A stretch of DNA of 64,000 nt from an uncultured Rhodospirillaceae bacterium (GCA_964344935.1 CAYFPL010000013.1:27625-91624), one strand, 5' to 3'; positions 46,393-57,262 are shown, numbered from the stretch's first letter. Numbers and translations are program-made. The notes: a model not told the origin generated them from the letters alone.

Positions 46393-46560
46393 CTGCCCGC
46401 CGCCACATCCGCAACCTGGATCGAAAGGCGAACAGGGGCCGGGGCACGGGCGTACTGGCTGACGAGATCACCCGGCTGGCACAGCAAAACGCGGCCCTGT
46501 GGAAGCGGACATTGGAACAGGAGGAGCAGTTCTAAGTTCATTTTGTCCGAACAGCATTCC
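46393..46560 (+). repeat. DR-right: degenerate second copy of the 3' end of the coiled-coil gene
   Basis: ctggatcgaaaggcgaacaggggccggggcacgggcgtactggctgacgagatcacccggctggcacagcaaaacgcggccctgtggaag...cattcccattag aligns with 42724-42890. Confidence 0.8.
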
Positions 46561-46639
46561 CATTAGGTGATGTCGTTGCAGACTTTTGAGAAATTCCGGA
46601 GCGTTGAACCTGTGTCATCAGGCGATTAGGGTCTCCATC

Positions 46640-47698
46640 ATGGAACAGATACCTGAAACCATGCGCGGCGTTTGGCTCACCGGGCATGGGGGCCCTGAGA
46701 AACTTTCCATCCGCGATGACATCCCCGTCCCCCGCCCGGGCCCAAGGGAGGTTCTCGTTCGCGTGGCCGCCGCGGCCCTCAACAATACCGACATAAATAC
46801 GCGAACCGCTTGGTATTCGAAGAGCGACGGCGCCAGTGAGGATGGGAGCTGGTCCGGGTCGGCCATAAAATTTCCAAGAATTCAGGGCGCCGATGTTTGT
46901 GGACGCATCGTCTCCGTCGGGGCGGCGGTCAACCAAGACCGGATCGGCGAGCGCATACTGATAGAGCCGTGTATTCGGGAGGCTGATGGGAAAACACTGG
47001 AGCAGCCCTGGTATTTCGGATCGGAATGTGATGGCGGATTCTCTGACTACACGGTTGTTGCCGCCCGCCACGCATACAAAATCGAAAGCGGCTTGAGCGA
47101 TGTCGAACTGGCCTCGTTTCCATGTTCCTATTCGACGGCGGAAAACCTGCTTGAAAGATCAAACACAGGGACCGACGACAGGGTGCTTGTCACCGGCGCG
47201 TCGGGCGGCGTGGGCTCCGCGGTCGTTCAATTGGCCCAGGCCCGTAAGGCACGGGTTTTCGCCGTAACCAGCCAATCGAAATCCGACGACGTATTGCGCC
47301 TTGGCGCGGAACAAACGTTCGCCCGCGAGGACAGCCTTGTCGAGGTGATCGGCGGCAATACCATCGACGTCGTGATTGACCTGGTCGGTGGGGCACAATG
47401 GCCGCAGCTTCTCGACATCCTTCGCCCGGGCGGTCGTTACGCCGTGGCCGGCGCGATCGGCGGGCATAGTGTCGAATTGGACCTCAGGACTCTTTATCTA
47501 AAGGACTTGAACTTGATTGGATGTACGGTTTTGGAGCCTGACGTATTTGCGAACTTAATCCGCCGTATTGAAGGCGGGCAGGTATCACCCATCGTTGCCC
47601 TGACTTTTCCGCTTGACGGGATTCTTGATGCGCAGGCTGCATTCGCCACGAAGAACCATACAGGGAAAATAGTTCTTACCGTCGATGAAAGGCGTTAG
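46640..47698 (+). CDS. Zinc-binding alcohol dehydrogenase / MDR-family oxidoreductase
   Basis: MRGVWLTGHGGPEKL...VLVTGASGGVGSAVVQLA. Start at MEQIPET. Confidence 0.75.
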   Translation: MEQIPETMRGVWLTGHGGPEKLSIRDDIPVPRPGPREVLVRVAAAALNNTDINTRTAWYSKSDGASEDGSWSGSAIKFPRIQGADVCGRIVSVGAAVNQDRIGERILIEPCIREADGKTLEQPWYFGSECDGGFSDYTVVAARHAYKIESGLSDVELASFPCSYSTAENLLERSNTGTDDRVLVTGASGGVGSAVVQLAQARKARVFAVTSQSKSDDVLRLGAEQTFAREDSLVEVIGGNTIDVVIDLVGGAQWPQLLDILRPGGRYAVAGAIGGHSVELDLRTLYLKDLNLIGCTVLEPDVFANLIRRIEGGQVSPIVALTFPLDGILDAQAAFATKNHTGKIVLTVDERR

Positions 47699-47775
47699 CG
47701 GAAGTGCGCTAGGCCAAGCGACACAAGACCCTCCTATCGACGTTTGCCGGAACGCCCCGGCAATGAAGATCAAGT

Positions 47776-49446
47776 ATGAAAGGATCAAATATGGCCACCC
47801 CGACAGATCTTGAAAGTGCGGGTTGCGCCGCTTGCGCGGCCACGGCGTCCGCCGATCCCAGGACCGCCGGTGACATCGTCGCGGCCGCCAGCCCGGGCGA
47901 GGAGATGCCGGCATTGCGCACGGGCGGTGGCAAGGCGATCCCGGCGCAATCTCCGAAACTCAATGGCGACCAAGGACCCTTCAGCCGTCTGGTCATTCGC
48001 GGCGCGACGGTAATTGACGGTACCGGTGCGCCGCCCATTGGGCCCATCGACGTCGTGATCGAGAATGACCGCATCATGGAGGTGCGGAGCGTCGGCTTTC
48101 CCGGTCTGCCCATCACCGCCCCGCGCCCCGAGGCGGGCGATCGGGAAATCGATGCCCATGGAAAATATGTGCTGCCCGGATTTGTGGATGCCCATGTCCA
48201 CATCGGCTATCCGATGCAAAGCAGCCATGGCCCCTTGGCGCCAAGCGAGTACGTCTACAAACTGTGGCTAGCTCATGGCGTTACCACAGTGCGCGAAGTG
48301 GGCTGCCTGAACGGACTGGCCTGGACATTGGAGCAGCGGCGCCAAAGCCAAGCGGGCGAAATCGCGGCGCCTGATATCGTCTGCTACGCCATGTTCCCGT
48401 TGCCTGAATTCACCGACAGATCACCCGAGACGGCCCGGGCCTGGGTCAACCATGTGGCGGAGGCGGGCGCCCAGGGCGTCAAATTCATGGGCGCTGATCC
48501 CGAACCTATGGCGGCGGCCCTGGATGAGGCACGCAAACTTGGCCTCAAGACCGCCTGCCATCATGCGCAAATGTCCGTCGCGCGCATGAATGTGCTGGAT
48601 ACCGCCGGCTGGGGCCTGACCAGCATGGAGCATTGGTATGGCCTGCCCGAGGCCCTGTTCGAGGATCGCACCGTGCAGGACTATCCCGCCGGCTACAACT
48701 ACAACAACGAGCAGGACCGTTTTGGCGAGGCCGGCCGGCTTTGGCTGCAGGCGGCGGAACCGGGCAGCGCCCGCTGGCGGGAGGTGATGGACCGACTGTT
48801 GGAATTGGATTTCACCATCGTGCCGACTTTCGTGGCCTATGAAGCCACCCGGGATGAAATGCGCGCGCGGCGGATGGAATGGCATGATGAATATACGTGG
48901 CCTGGGGTCTGGGACTTTTTCCAGCCCAATCGCGCTGCACATGGATCGTTCTGGTTTTATTGGACCACCCAGCACGAGATCGCCTGGCGGCGGAATTATC
49001 AACGCTGGATGATGTTCATCAATGAATACAAGAACCGGGGCGGCCGGGTCTGCGCTGGCAGCGATTCCGGCTTTATCTACAACCTCTATGGCTATGGCTT
49101 TATCCGCGAGATGGAGTTGCTGCAGGAAGCGGGCTTCCATCCCCTCGAAGCGCTCCGCTCGGCGAGCTTGCGATCAGCCGAACTGTTGGGCGTGGATGGC
49201 GAAACCGGCTCGGTGCAGGCCGGCAAGCGCGCCGACCTGGTCATTCTGGATGAAAACCCCCTGGAGAATACCAAAGCACTCTATGGCACCGGTGCGGTAA
49301 AACTGAACGACGAGACCAGGCTGGCGGATCGGGTCGGCGGCGTGCGTCATACCATCAAAGGCGGCGTCGTACATGACGCCAAGCAAATGCTGAGCGAGGT
49401 GCGGGCCATCGTCGAAGAAGAGAAGGCAAGGCGCGCGGCTGAATAG
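47776..49446 (+). CDS. Amidohydrolase-family metal-dependent hydrolase
   Basis: LPGFVDAHVHIG is the HxH metal-binding motif, and GSDSG comes late in the barrel. Confidence 0.7.
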   Translation: MKGSNMATPTDLESAGCAACAATASADPRTAGDIVAAASPGEEMPALRTGGGKAIPAQSPKLNGDQGPFSRLVIRGATVIDGTGAPPIGPIDVVIENDRIMEVRSVGFPGLPITAPRPEAGDREIDAHGKYVLPGFVDAHVHIGYPMQSSHGPLAPSEYVYKLWLAHGVTTVREVGCLNGLAWTLEQRRQSQAGEIAAPDIVCYAMFPLPEFTDRSPETARAWVNHVAEAGAQGVKFMGADPEPMAAALDEARKLGLKTACHHAQMSVARMNVLDTAGWGLTSMEHWYGLPEALFEDRTVQDYPAGYNYNNEQDRFGEAGRLWLQAAEPGSARWREVMDRLLELDFTIVPTFVAYEATRDEMRARRMEWHDEYTWPGVWDFFQPNRAAHGSFWFYWTTQHEIAWRRNYQRWMMFINEYKNRGGRVCAGSDSGFIYNLYGYGFIREMELLQEAGFHPLEALRSASLRSAELLGVDGETGSVQAGKRADLVILDENPLENTKALYGTGAVKLNDETRLADRVGGVRHTIKGGVVHDAKQMLSEVRAIVEEEKARRAAE

Positions 49447-49550
49447 ATCCGCTTTCCAAGGCCCGCCGTGGCATACAAGGGGCCTGGGAAGTCAATTGGC
49501 TGCGGCTTGCCCGCAGATGTGTCTTTCTGGCTATGAACTGACGGGCGGCT

Positions 49551-50567
49551 TCAATCCTGTGTGGTGAGAAACTGTTGGTTGACGCAGTTTCGCAGGGTCC
49601 CGTCCGCAAGATAGTTTATCACTGTCTTCGCCGCCTTCTCGCGGGCGTCGTGGGCGCCGTCGGGGCTGTACCACGCAACGTGTGAGGTGACGATAACGCG
49701 GCCCACGGTCCAGCTTTCGCCGGCCTTTAGAGCAGCGAATAACGGATGCTCCGGTTGCGGCGGCTCCTCGGGAAACACGTCCAAACCGGCGGCGGCGATG
49801 CGGTTGTTCTTCAAGGCGTCGGTAACCGCATCCAGGTCATAGACCTTGCCGCGGGCGGTGGCGATCAGAATGGCCGTGTCCTTCATGCACGAGATCGCCT
49901 GACCATTGATCATGCCGCTGGTCTCCGGCGTCAGCGGCGTGTGGATGCTGACCACGTCGGCCTCGCGCAGCATATCTTCAAGGCTCTCGTACCTATCGAA
50001 GCCCACCGACTGGTCCTTGCCGTCCGGTACGTAGGGGTCATAGAAAATCACTCTCATGCCGAGGGCCTTGGCCCGCAAGCCGGCCGCCGTGCCGATGCGG
50101 CCGCAGCCGACGATGCCGAACGTGGTGCCGCGTGCCCGGCGCATGATCGGGATGTCGATGGACGTCCAGTTGCCGACCGGATCGGCGACGATCTTGTTAT
50201 GCACCTGGACGATGCCGCGCGTCAGGCCAAGCATGAGACCGATCGCGTGGTCGGCGACATCGGTGGTGCCGTAATCCGGCACGTTGCAGGCGGGAATGCC
50301 GCGCCGCCCGGCTTCTTCAATGTCGAGCGCATCGAAACCTACACCCATGCGGATGATCATGCGCACATTCGGCGCCAGATCGAGCATCGCCTTGTCACAG
50401 CGCAGCCGGCCCCAGATCATCAATGCCTCCGCCGCGGCCCAGGACTCCGCCGGGACTTCATCAAGGCGCGTCGCCTGATAAAGGCGCAACTCTGCGCGGT
50501 CGCCGAATACAGCTTTTTCGATATCCCCGCTGCCTGAATAGCGTGCGTCGGGCATGACAACAATCAT
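49551..50567 (-). CDS. D-isomer-specific 2-hydroxyacid dehydrogenase family protein
   Basis: GIVGCGRIGTAAG is the NAD-binding motif and the family pattern is present. Confidence 0.8.
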   Translation of the reverse strand: MIVVMPDARYSGSGDIEKAVFGDRAELRLYQATRLDEVPAESWAAAEALMIWGRLRCDKAMLDLAPNVRMIIRMGVGFDALDIEEAGRRGIPACNVPDYGTTDVADHAIGLMLGLTRGIVQVHNKIVADPVGNWTSIDIPIMRRARGTTFGIVGCGRIGTAAGLRAKALGMRVIFYDPYVPDGKDQSVGFDRYESLEDMLREADVVSIHTPLTPETSGMINGQAISCMKDTAILIATARGKVYDLDAVTDALKNNRIAAAGLDVFPEEPPQPEHPLFAALKAGESWTVGRVIVTSHVAWYSPDGAHDAREKAAKTVINYLADGTLRNCVNQQFLTTQD

Positions 50568-50726
50568 GACGCCTAGTCCTCCTCAATTCCAGGTGTCGAG
50601 CATCGGGGGAAAACGCTTTGTTATCAAGTGCGGGTGGCGATCTTCGAGAGCCTCTCGGTCATCCGCGTCCGGGATCGAAATTCATCCCCGGATCAGGTCG
50701 TCGGTGCGTTGCTGCGCGCGGCGCCT

Positions 50727-51227
50727 CTAGCCGGACTGGGCCGGATCCTTGTTGGTGGCGACCTTTACAAAGCACCCCATAAGGATGGTGCGGATATACG
50801 TCTGATCATTCCATCGTGTCAGCCCGGCATAGAGCTGCTTCACCTGCTGCGCCCGGTACCGCCCGTCGAGAGGATGCATGGCGTCCTGCAAGGCATCTTT
50901 CAGGGCAAATGACCTCGATTGTTCCCGCCGTGCCTGCGATGCCTCCCCGTCCACCGGCAATTGGTTGACGCCTGCGCCCAGCTTGCCTTCGCTGCAATAA
51001 CCCGCCGCATTGTTGCGAACGATCTGCTGCATGCCGGCGTGATCGTCGAATTTAAGCCGCATGATGCTTTGCAAAATCTCGTCGGGGGAATTGGTGCCGT
51101 ACTTTACCGCGACGGATTTGGCCTGATTGGCTTGCGCGACCTTCGCCCTGGCCTTGGCCACCGCATCATCTTCGCCGCAGCCCAGCAGAAGGGGTGCGAG
51201 AGCAAGGAGTGGGATAAGTATCTTCAT
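50727..51227 (-). CDS. Lipoprotein of unknown function
   Basis: MKILIPLLALAPLLLGCGE contains a lipobox (LLGC). Confidence 0.4.
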   Translation of the reverse strand: MKILIPLLALAPLLLGCGEDDAVAKARAKVAQANQAKSVAVKYGTNSPDEILQSIMRLKFDDHAGMQQIVRNNAAGYCSEGKLGAGVNQLPVDGEASQARREQSRSFALKDALQDAMHPLDGRYRAQQVKQLYAGLTRWNDQTYIRTILMGCFVKVATNKDPAQSG

Positions 51228-51394
51228 AGCGCCGTCTCGGCCTGCTCAATTTCCGATCATGTGGGCACCGTGTTGCCCACGTGCGCGCGATCCTACCGGC
51301 AAGCCAATAAGAAAGTGTTTCGATTTGGCGTAATTTTCAGGCGTCGTTTCCGGCCGCCCGCATCACAGGGGCGAGGGCGAAGTGAACGCCGTTC

Positions 51395-52228
51395 TTACCC
51401 CGCGCCCGGCCCCGGCGGCAACGGGCCTGTTGCCGGGTAGGCGCCGTCGGCATCATGGACCTCCTGTCCGGTCAGCGGTGGGTCGAAGACCGAGATGACG
51501 TGAACATCGGTCACGGCCTTGAGATGGTGCGGGTCGTCCGGGCCAACCAGGTAGAGCCCGCCGGGCCCCAACAAACTGGTTTCGCCGCTGGTCTTGTCGG
51601 TAACTTCCAGGCTGCCGTCCAGGACCAGGTTCGCCTCCCAATGGTTTTTGTACCAAAGATCGGCTTCGATGCCCGCCTTGACCTTGTTCGAATTGAGGGA
51701 AAAGCCAAGCTGATCGGCGGCGGTTATATAACGCTCGGATACCACCTGGCCGTCCAGGACGCTGACCGCCAAACCGGCGGCGTGGACCTCTTCCAGGGTG
51801 GTGACGGTCATGCGGCCCTGCCGCGGCGGTAAATCGCCACTGGGCGGATAGGCGCCATCGTCGTCATGGGTTTCCAGGCCGACGATCGGCGGGCTGAAGA
51901 CCGAGATCAGGCGCGTGTCGCTTTCCACCTCGCGGATAATGCGGTGTTTGTCCAGTGGGCCGACGCAATAGAGTACGCCCGGTTCCAGGGGCCAGCGTTG
52001 TCCGGAGTGGCAATCCTCCAGGATGGCCTTGCCCGAACGCACATAGTTGGCTTCCCAGTGGTTCTTGTACCACAGCGTCGAGACCCCGACCTGACGGCCG
52101 CGCGCTTCGGAGACAGAGAAATTGAGACCGTCGGCCTTGGTCAACAGGCGCACCGCCGTCGCCTTGCCGTGGGAGATGGAGATCACCCGATCTTCCGCCT
52201 CGATCTGCTCCATGGTCCGTATCAGCAT
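51395..52228 (-). CDS. Tandem cupin protein with two ectoine-synthase(EctC)-like repeats
   Basis: WYKNHWEAN occurs twice, about 150 aa apart. Confidence 0.5.
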   Translation of the reverse strand: MLIRTMEQIEAEDRVISISHGKATAVRLLTKADGLNFSVSEARGRQVGVSTLWYKNHWEANYVRSGKAILEDCHSGQRWPLEPGVLYCVGPLDKHRIIREVESDTRLISVFSPPIVGLETHDDDGAYPPSGDLPPRQGRMTVTTLEEVHAAGLAVSVLDGQVVSERYITAADQLGFSLNSNKVKAGIEADLWYKNHWEANLVLDGSLEVTDKTSGETSLLGPGGLYLVGPDDPHHLKAVTDVHVISVFDPPLTGQEVHDADGAYPATGPLPPGPGAG

Positions 52229-52347
52229 GACGACACCTTTCCTTTTCGAAGCCCATCGATCTGACAGTCGTATAACCGGCGCCATCCCGCAAGCCTTCGC
52301 ATTGAATTCTCCGCATTGTGACCGATCCAAATTGGATCTCGTTCGCC

Positions 52348-53754
52348 CTAGATGAATTCGCGCGCGTCGGCCAGACGGCCGGTGATGGCGGCGGCTGCCG
52401 CCGTCGCCGGGCTTGTCAAATGTGTTCGGCCGCCCGGACCCTGCCAATTTTCAAAATTTCGGTTCGAGGTCGAAGCGCTGCGCTGGCCCGGCGCCAGCCG
52501 GTCGGCGTTCATGGCGATGCACATGGAACAGCCGGGCGCGCGCCAGGCAAAACCCGCTTCGATCAGAATTTCGTGCAAGCCCTCGGCCTCGGCCTGCCGT
52601 TTCACCAGGCCGGAGCCCGGCACGACGATGGCATCGACCCGGCCGGAAACCTTGCGGCCCTTGGCGACGGCGGCGGCGGCGCGGATATCCTCAACGCGGC
52701 CGTTCGTACACGATCCGATAAAGACCCGGTCGATGGCGATATCCTCGATCGCGGTGCCGGCGGTAAGGCCCATATAATCCAAGGCTTGCTCGATGGCTGT
52801 ACGCTTGGCGGGGTCGTCCGTCTGGGCCGAGTCCGGCACCTTCCCGGTCACCGGCAGGGCATCCGCGGGGCTGGTGCCCCAGGTCACGTAGGGCGCCAAT
52901 GCATCAGCCCGCAGGGTCACTTCCTTGTCATAGGCCGCGCCGGGATCGGAGACCAGTGTCCGCCAATGGGCAACCGCTTTGTTGAATTCATCGCCCTGCG
53001 GTCCCATCGGCCGGTCCGCCAGATAAGCAAATGTGGTGTCATCCGGGGCGATCAGGCCGGCCCGGGCGCCGGTCTCGATGCTCATGTTGCAAAGGGTCAT
53101 GCGGCCTTCCATGGACAGGGCGCGGACCGCATCGCCGGTATGTTCGATGACATGACCCGCACCGCCGGCGGAGCCGATGGCGGCAATGATGGCCAGAACC
53201 ATGTCCTTGGCGGAACAACCGACGGGCAACTCGCCGTCGATTGAAACCCTCATGTTGCGGGAACGCTCCTGGATCAGTGTCTGGGTTGCCAACACGTGGG
53301 CCACCTCGGATATCCCGATGCCATAGGCAAGGGCGCCGAAGGCGCCGTGTGTGGCGGCATGGGCATCGCCGCATACGATGGTGTTGCCGGGCTGGCAAAA
53401 CCCCTGCTCGGGCCCGACGATGTGGACGATGCCCCGGCGCGGATCGTCCGTATCGAAGAGCGGGACCGCGAAATCCCGACAGTTTTCACGCAGCGTCTTG
53501 ACCAGAATGTGGCCCTCTTCACCTTCCAGGCCCTGGCCCCGGTCTACCGTCTCAACGGTGTGGTCGGCCATGGCCAGCGTCGCCCCGGCGCGACGCACAT
53601 TGTTTCCTCTTTGCCGAAGTGTCTCGAAGGCCTGGGGGCTGGTAAATTCGTGCACCAGATGGCGGTCGATGTAGAGGGTGCAAAATTCGCCATCGAGCCG
53701 CTGTACCACATGGCTCTCCCATATTTTGTCGTAGAGCGTTCGGGCCTTCGCCAT
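52348..53754 (-). CDS. leuC: 3-isopropylmalate dehydratase large subunit
   Basis: [18 protein letters not shown]-terminus and aconitase-family Fe-S cysteines (GSCTNGR, CxxC). No leuD is adjacent. Confidence 0.9.
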   Translation of the reverse strand: MAKARTLYDKIWESHVVQRLDGEFCTLYIDRHLVHEFTSPQAFETLRQRGNNVRRAGATLAMADHTVETVDRGQGLEGEEGHILVKTLRENCRDFAVPLFDTDDPRRGIVHIVGPEQGFCQPGNTIVCGDAHAATHGAFGALAYGIGISEVAHVLATQTLIQERSRNMRVSIDGELPVGCSAKDMVLAIIAAIGSAGGAGHVIEHTGDAVRALSMEGRMTLCNMSIETGARAGLIAPDDTTFAYLADRPMGPQGDEFNKAVAHWRTLVSDPGAAYDKEVTLRADALAPYVTWGTSPADALPVTGKVPDSAQTDDPAKRTAIEQALDYMGLTAGTAIEDIAIDRVFIGSCTNGRVEDIRAAAAVAKGRKVSGRVDAIVVPGSGLVKRQAEAEGLHEILIEAGFAWRAPGCSMCIAMNADRLAPGQRSASTSNRNFENWQGPGGRTHLTSPATAAAAAITGRLADAREFI

Positions 53755-54129
53755 GACAACATCCCCTTCGTGCCACATATGTACCAGCCCGCCGGATTCC
53801 CGTCCTCAGCGAATACTTGGAACGCGCAGCATTGGAACAAGCGACAGCAGTGACTTTAAGCGATCTACGGCGCGAGGGTGCCCGGCCTTGCGATTGTCGT
53901 TCGACTTTGTTTGATTGACTTCGCTCGCGGGGCCTCTAGGGTCGATGTAACTCTTCGCAGGGACCTCTCTGTATCGATTTGGCTCAATGCCTTCGTTCCC
54001 TGGCCCATTCGACAGCGCCGTTCTGTTGAGGCGTGAAAAACGCTCGGCGGGGGCCGGCCTACCAGGTTCGGCCGAGCAGGATGCAATGCATCCTGATTGC
54101 GACCTATGGAACAAACCAGGAGCCAGCAC

Positions 54130-54442
54130 ATGAGAGAAGTCGCCAGTGGCGACACGGTGCGCGTGCACTATGTCGGAACATTCGCGGACGGTGACGCTGG
54201 CGCCGGAGCAGGCCTATGGGCCCCACGATCCCCAATTGGTAAACGTCATGTCACGTGCCGAGTTGCCAGGCGAGATCGATCTGGAGGTCGGTACCGTGCT
54301 GAAGGCGACCAAGCCTGACGGTTCGATTGCGCGATTGGTGGTTTCGGAATTCGACGACAATAATGTGACCGTTGATGCCAACCATGTCATGGCCGGCAAG
54401 ACGCTCATTTTCCAGCTAAGTCTGGTCGGGTTCGTCAACTAA
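54130..54442 (+). pseudogene. FKBP-type peptidyl-prolyl isomerase remnant (frameshifted with an internal deletion)
   Basis: ORF 54097-54318 gives the FKBP N-terminus MREVASGDTVRVHYVGTFADG. ORF 54146-54442 gives the C-terminal part TVTLAPEQAYGPHDPQLV...ANHVMAGKTLIFQLSLVGF. The frames switch near 54190 and the FK506-binding core between them is missing. Confidence 0.45.
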
Positions 54443-55594
54443 CCCATCGTTGTCAACCTGCGCGGGGCGGGCGCCAACGGCACCCGCCGGCAGACCGCGC
54501 GAGGCTTTGAACGAAATCAGGCGTTGCGTGCCCTCGTCCCAAAGGGCAAGCCGGAAGCAGGACAGACTGTCGCTCAAAGTGATCCGATTGAGCGTCTGCA
54601 GGGCGGGTATTTCGGCCAGGCAGGCGGCGAGCCGGTAATTGGGAATGCGCGAGGACAGGTGATGTAGGTGGTGGATCCCTATGTTGCCGGACAACCAGCG
54701 CAGCGGTTGCGGCAGATCGTAATAGCTGCTGGATAAGACGGCGGCCTGCTGGAAATCCCAATCGGTGCCGCGTCGCCAATATGTTTGCGCGAATTGGTGC
54801 TGCACGTAGAACAGCCAAACACCCGCCGCCGATGAGAACAGCACGATGGGCCCTTGGACCAGCAACAGATCTAGAAAGCCGAAGGCAATGCCCAAACCGA
54901 CCAATATGCCGGCGATGACAAGGTTCGTGATCATCACGCTGATCAACAGCCTGGGATAGCGGCGGATCAGGTCCAGGGGCAGGCGGTACTTCACGACGAA
55001 AACATAAACCGGCCCGACAACCAATAGGACGAGCGGATTGCGGTATAGCCGGTAAGCAAGCCGCTTTGGCCAGGGCAGGGCCTGGTACTCGCTGACCGTG
55101 AGCAGCTCGATGTCACCGATGCCGCGCTTTTGCAAATTGCCACAAGTGGCGTGATGCAAATTGTGGGAACGACGCCAATAGCTGTGGGGCGTTAAGGTGA
55201 TGACACCGAGCAGGGTGCCAAGAATGTCGTTGCCCAGGCGTGAAGGAAAGAACGATCGATGGCCGCAATCATGCTGGATGATGAACAGACGCACCAGGAA
55301 AGCGGCGGCGGGTACGGCCAGCAGCCATGTTAGCCAAACCGCGTCGCCGACAGTCAGCATCATTGCCGCCCACAACGCGGCAAAGGGTGGGATGGTCGTC
55401 AACAGTTGCATGACGCCAGCAGCCGTCTTTGGCTGTGCGTAGCCGCGTGCGATCCGTGACCACCGCTCTGTGCATTCGGACGACGGCGTGTCATTGCCCG
55501 GACCTATGGAAGCAGTCTTCGTTGCAACTCTTGTCGAGATGACGTTATTCCCGGCTGTTTGATGTTGGTATTGGCGCACGGTGTCTGGAGACAA
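54416..55594 (-). CDS. Membrane fatty-acid desaturase
   Basis: The three His boxes HDCGH, HNLHH and HHLHH are present. Confidence 0.8.
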   Translation of the reverse strand: MSPDTVRQYQHQTAGNNVISTRVATKTASIGPGNDTPSSECTERWSRIARGYAQPKTAAGVMQLLTTIPPFAALWAAMMLTVGDAVWLTWLLAVPAAAFLVRLFIIQHDCGHRSFFPSRLGNDILGTLLGVITLTPHSYWRRSHNLHHATCGNLQKRGIGDIELLTVSEYQALPWPKRLAYRLYRNPLVLLVVGPVYVFVVKYRLPLDLIRRYPRLLISVMITNLVIAGILVGLGIAFGFLDLLLVQGPIVLFSSAAGVWLFYVQHQFAQTYWRRGTDWDFQQAAVLSSSYYDLPQPLRWLSGNIGIHHLHHLSSRIPNYRLAACLAEIPALQTLNRITLSDSLSCFRLALWDEGTQRLISFKASRGLPAGAVGARPAQVDNDGLVDEPDQT

Positions 55595-55639
55595 CGCGGG
55601 ACAATGGCCCGTCTCCGAATGGCCGTTACGCAGGACGAT

Positions 55640-55662
55640 GCCGCCGGGTGCATCCCGGCGGC
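55640..55662 (-). terminator. GC-rich hairpin GCCGCCGGG-tgcat-CCCGGCGGC just downstream of cspA
   Basis: Perfect 9-bp stem read directly. There is no obvious U-tract. Confidence 0.3.
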
Positions 55663-55671
55663 ACAGTCGGT

Positions 55672-55881
55672 TCAGCCAAGTGCGGTCAGATTTTCTGCGG
55701 CAAATTTGCCGTCGCGGCTGGAAACCAGTTCGTAGGAAACCTTCTGGCCTTCTTGCAGGCCGACCAGGCCAGCGCGTTCGATGGCGGAAATGTGGACGAA
55801 GGCGTCCTTCGAGCCATCATCGGGCTGAATGAATCCATATCCCTTGGCGGCGTTGAACCATTTTACTGTTCCATTTGTCAT
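55672..55881 (-). CDS. cspA: Cold-shock protein
   Basis: [34 protein letters not shown] contains the RNP1 and RNP2 motifs. Confidence 0.9.
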   Translation of the reverse strand: MTNGTVKWFNAAKGYGFIQPDDGSKDAFVHISAIERAGLVGLQEGQKVSYELVSSRDGKFAAENLTALG

Positions 55882-56201
55882 AATATTTTCTCCAACAAAG
55901 TGAGAATTGCCGGCGGCACACCATGTGCTCGCCGGATGGGTAGCAGTCACAATGTCAGGAGATAGCTCGGCCAACCGGAAACGCGGTCGGAAAAGGTCTA
56001 TACCGAGAATTGCGTAGCGTGCGCCGCATATAGTGCCTTCCGAGCCAGGGGTCAAGAGCCGCCGATGCAATCTTCACTTCGCCGGACGCTCCGGCGCCGA
56101 GAGACCGAATTCGGCAGCAATAGATACAAGGCCGCTCAATCGTTGATGTCGTCCGGTACCGGACCGGGCGCCGCGAGCCGCTGATCACGCGTAGCAAGGG
56201 G

Positions 56202-56765
56202 CTAGGCAAGGGGCAGACCCAAATCCTTCAGTTCCTGTTCCCGTTGCGGCAGTTCCGTCGTCATGAAGAATTCATCCAATTGCGGCGGCGGCACCGATGT
56301 GGCCGAGAGCATGTCGTGAACCTGACCGCGGTGATGGATTTGATGGCAGAATAGGTGCGCCAGCACGTCTGTGACACACTCGGTATACGAGGTTCCATTC
56401 ATCAGCCGAAAAGTGACCGTCGAGGCCAAAAGGCCGGGCGTCGCACTTTCGCAGAATTCGATGAGCGCGCGGTCCACTGCGATCTGATCCTGCGCCAGCG
56501 GTTCGAACGCCTGGTGCAAAGTTTCGCCATGGCCGTCGGGCAAAAGTTCTTTTCCGGTAAGGCGCTCCAAATATAGCCAATCCACGAGGACAATATGATC
56601 CAGGTGGGCATGGATGGAGCCGAAGAAACTCGGTCGTTGGGCGAAATACTCCGAGGCCGGCAGACGGGCGCAAGCCATGTGCAGGCGGTGGTTGCTCCAA
56701 TGGTTGTTTCGCGCCTGCGAAACGAGGTATTCGTGCAGTCCATGTTCTGTGCGGGTCGGGGTCAT
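56202..56765 (-). CDS. DinB/YfiT-like (DinB_2) family protein
   Basis: Family-typical histidine triad spacing (HLDHIV...HHRGQ). Confidence 0.55.
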   Translation of the reverse strand: MTPTRTEHGLHEYLVSQARNNHWSNHRLHMACARLPASEYFAQRPSFFGSIHAHLDHIVLVDWLYLERLTGKELLPDGHGETLHQAFEPLAQDQIAVDRALIEFCESATPGLLASTVTFRLMNGTSYTECVTDVLAHLFCHQIHHRGQVHDMLSATSVPPPQLDEFFMTTELPQREQELKDLGLPLA

Positions 56766-57262
56766 GACTTGACGAAGCTCACGGTTTGATTGTGCGGGAG
56801 CAAGAGCTTACCCCCACATGCCCATTTCCCATATCCGCCGGGTGATCGCCATGGACGATCCGGAAATAGAGCAAAGTTGGCTAGACGCGTTGTGAAAGGC
56901 GGGCATGCCGGAGTGAGCAAGCAAGGTTTTCATAACGGCCGCCGGTTAAGGCGGCTAGGATCGAACTCGCAATAGAAGCGGACATCAGGCCAACGCAGCT
57001 TGAGTCTCGAGAAGGACTAGAAACGGACAAACTTTCTTGTCCACGATTACCAATTAGGCTTGAACTGCCAGGGGCGGAAGTCGTTGGGGGATAGGTTCGT
57101 GACGGCATATGTTATTCTTGACGTTCTGAAAATCGACTTTGAAGCGATAAAACCATACCTTTATACCGCCCGCGATACGCGGTTTGTGCCTGCATGTTGT
57201 CATTCGTAAGATCGACAAAATGACACTTTCGATCTAGTAACGCGAACTCTTACCGGGTCTAA

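Noticed and set aside
45965-46471. Full 168-aa minus-strand ORF upstream of the porin
   Set aside because: Only the C-terminal ~106 codons, from the internal ATG at 46285, look plausible. The upstream portion runs through the Zur-box-like palindrome and the repeat copy.
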